Below, one piece after another: positions 62,831 through 64,000 of a DNA stretch of 64,000 nucleotides. How positions within the stretch are numbered: position 1 is the first letter of the stretch; every line of letters begins with the position of its first letter. The notes beneath the pieces were generated by a model, which was given only the letters and a program-made list of their open reading frames with translations, was not told the origin of the DNA and ran no database searches. The stretch is taken from positions 6,549,888 to 6,613,887 of the forward strand of contig NC_092676.1 of the NCBI RefSeq assembly GCF_964355755.1, given 5' to 3'. A program made the translations under genes and the position numbers. This DNA comes from Antedon mediterranea. Taxonomy: Eukaryota; Animalia; Echinodermata.

Positions 62831-64000
62831 ATTTAATGGTTATATGTAGGCCTATACATATTCAGAAAAGGAAGCTTCTTTGATTTTTGTTTTTCACTTG
62901 TTAACCTAAATCCGATTCCGTAAACAATTAGAAATCTTATAAAATAAACAATTGAATATACAGCTCTAAAATACAGAGTAAGTTATATTATACATTACAC
63001 TATGATTCATAGTTCATCCTTCATATAAATACAGTATACTAACATTAGAGAGGTTTCGCAACGCTACAAATACGATAACGAAAACGGATTTGTCACGCAC
63101 ACGTATTCGTTTTCGTAAGCTAGTAACAATCTTGTTTCACATGGCAACGATTGTAAACCCTATGCTATTAATAATGCTGCAACGTGCTCCACTAGTAACC
63201 ACGTGTTGATAATCTGTTTAGATAATATTTAAACAATTGTCTTCCTTATTTAAATGATTCTGTTTAGTTTTAGTTTCATATTTCACGTTCTTACTAAGTG
63301 TAATACAATAGCACTAATTAAGGTAAATATTAACTCTTTAAAGACGCGAGGTTTCTACCTCAAGTGACTGAGGCTAAGAAAGAGAGAAATTATATTTAAC
63401 ATTAAGCAGGCAAGCAGGCGATGTATAAGTTTTGTTTCTTCTATATATAAATTATACTTAATTATGACATAGGCGAGCACAATGGAAAAACTTCGGGACA
63501 AATCTCAGCCCTAGATACCTACCTCATTCGTCTCATCTGTACCACGAAACGTAGATTTGATAACATTAGTACTTGCTATTACGATATCGTCCCATATTTC
63601 TATCTTAGGAAGATATTATAAAGGGTTTTAAAACAAAAGGTTTGATTTCATCGGCAGATTTTCAATCGAACGTGGTGGCGATAGCCATTTTAATTTTTTT
63701 ATTATTTTCTGACAAAAATAAAAATTATACTGCAAATTATAAAGATCAAATTAAATATATTTCATAAAGCATCGGAGTATATTGTGGGGAATAGTGTATA
63801 AAATTACATCAGGAGAACTGATGATAAGAAATCGAGTGAAACCCCGATAGCCTAGTAAGCTGACAGGAATAACTGTGATCTATGTGTCCCGTTAGGACCC
63901 TGGGATACTTCTGCTTATGTCGCAAGCCGTCTAAAACGTCTTTCTTCCTAGGCCGAAACGGTCCACCGTGTCGCGGAAGTTAGTTTAAAAAAATATTTAA

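Overview
AT-rich, intron-rich eukaryotic DNA from an invertebrate animal (the repeat content is echinoderm-like, which is an inference). Three spliced + strand genes can be assembled by hand. (1) TMEM181: 15 coding exons seen, 11..30764, 476 aa from the MRLYTL Met, 5' end probably outside the window, with a clear U12-type AT-AC intron at 24510..26597. (2) and (3) Two tandem, intact 8-exon cathepsin L-like papain proteases at 42615..45912 (320 aa) and 54010..60550 (322 aa). The rest is repeat-derived: PIF/Harbinger-like and TTAA-flanked (Kolobok-like) MITEs, SINEs, CR1/L2 LINE fragments, a 104-bp array, a 4x ~1.73-kb tandem duplication and a ~290-bp satellite built from hairpins. Most notable: a Penelope-type minimal hammerhead ribozyme inside the minor intron; TA->TACAGTA/TACTGTA and TA->TAGGGCCTA insertion scars visible by comparing repeat copies; cathepsin paralogs with a conserved propeptide but diverged mature domain (Glu205 vs Ala205); and CLEAR-like E-boxes in only one of the two promoters. 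No prokaryotic-type system (CRISPR etc.) is supported. All counts and alignments were done by eye.
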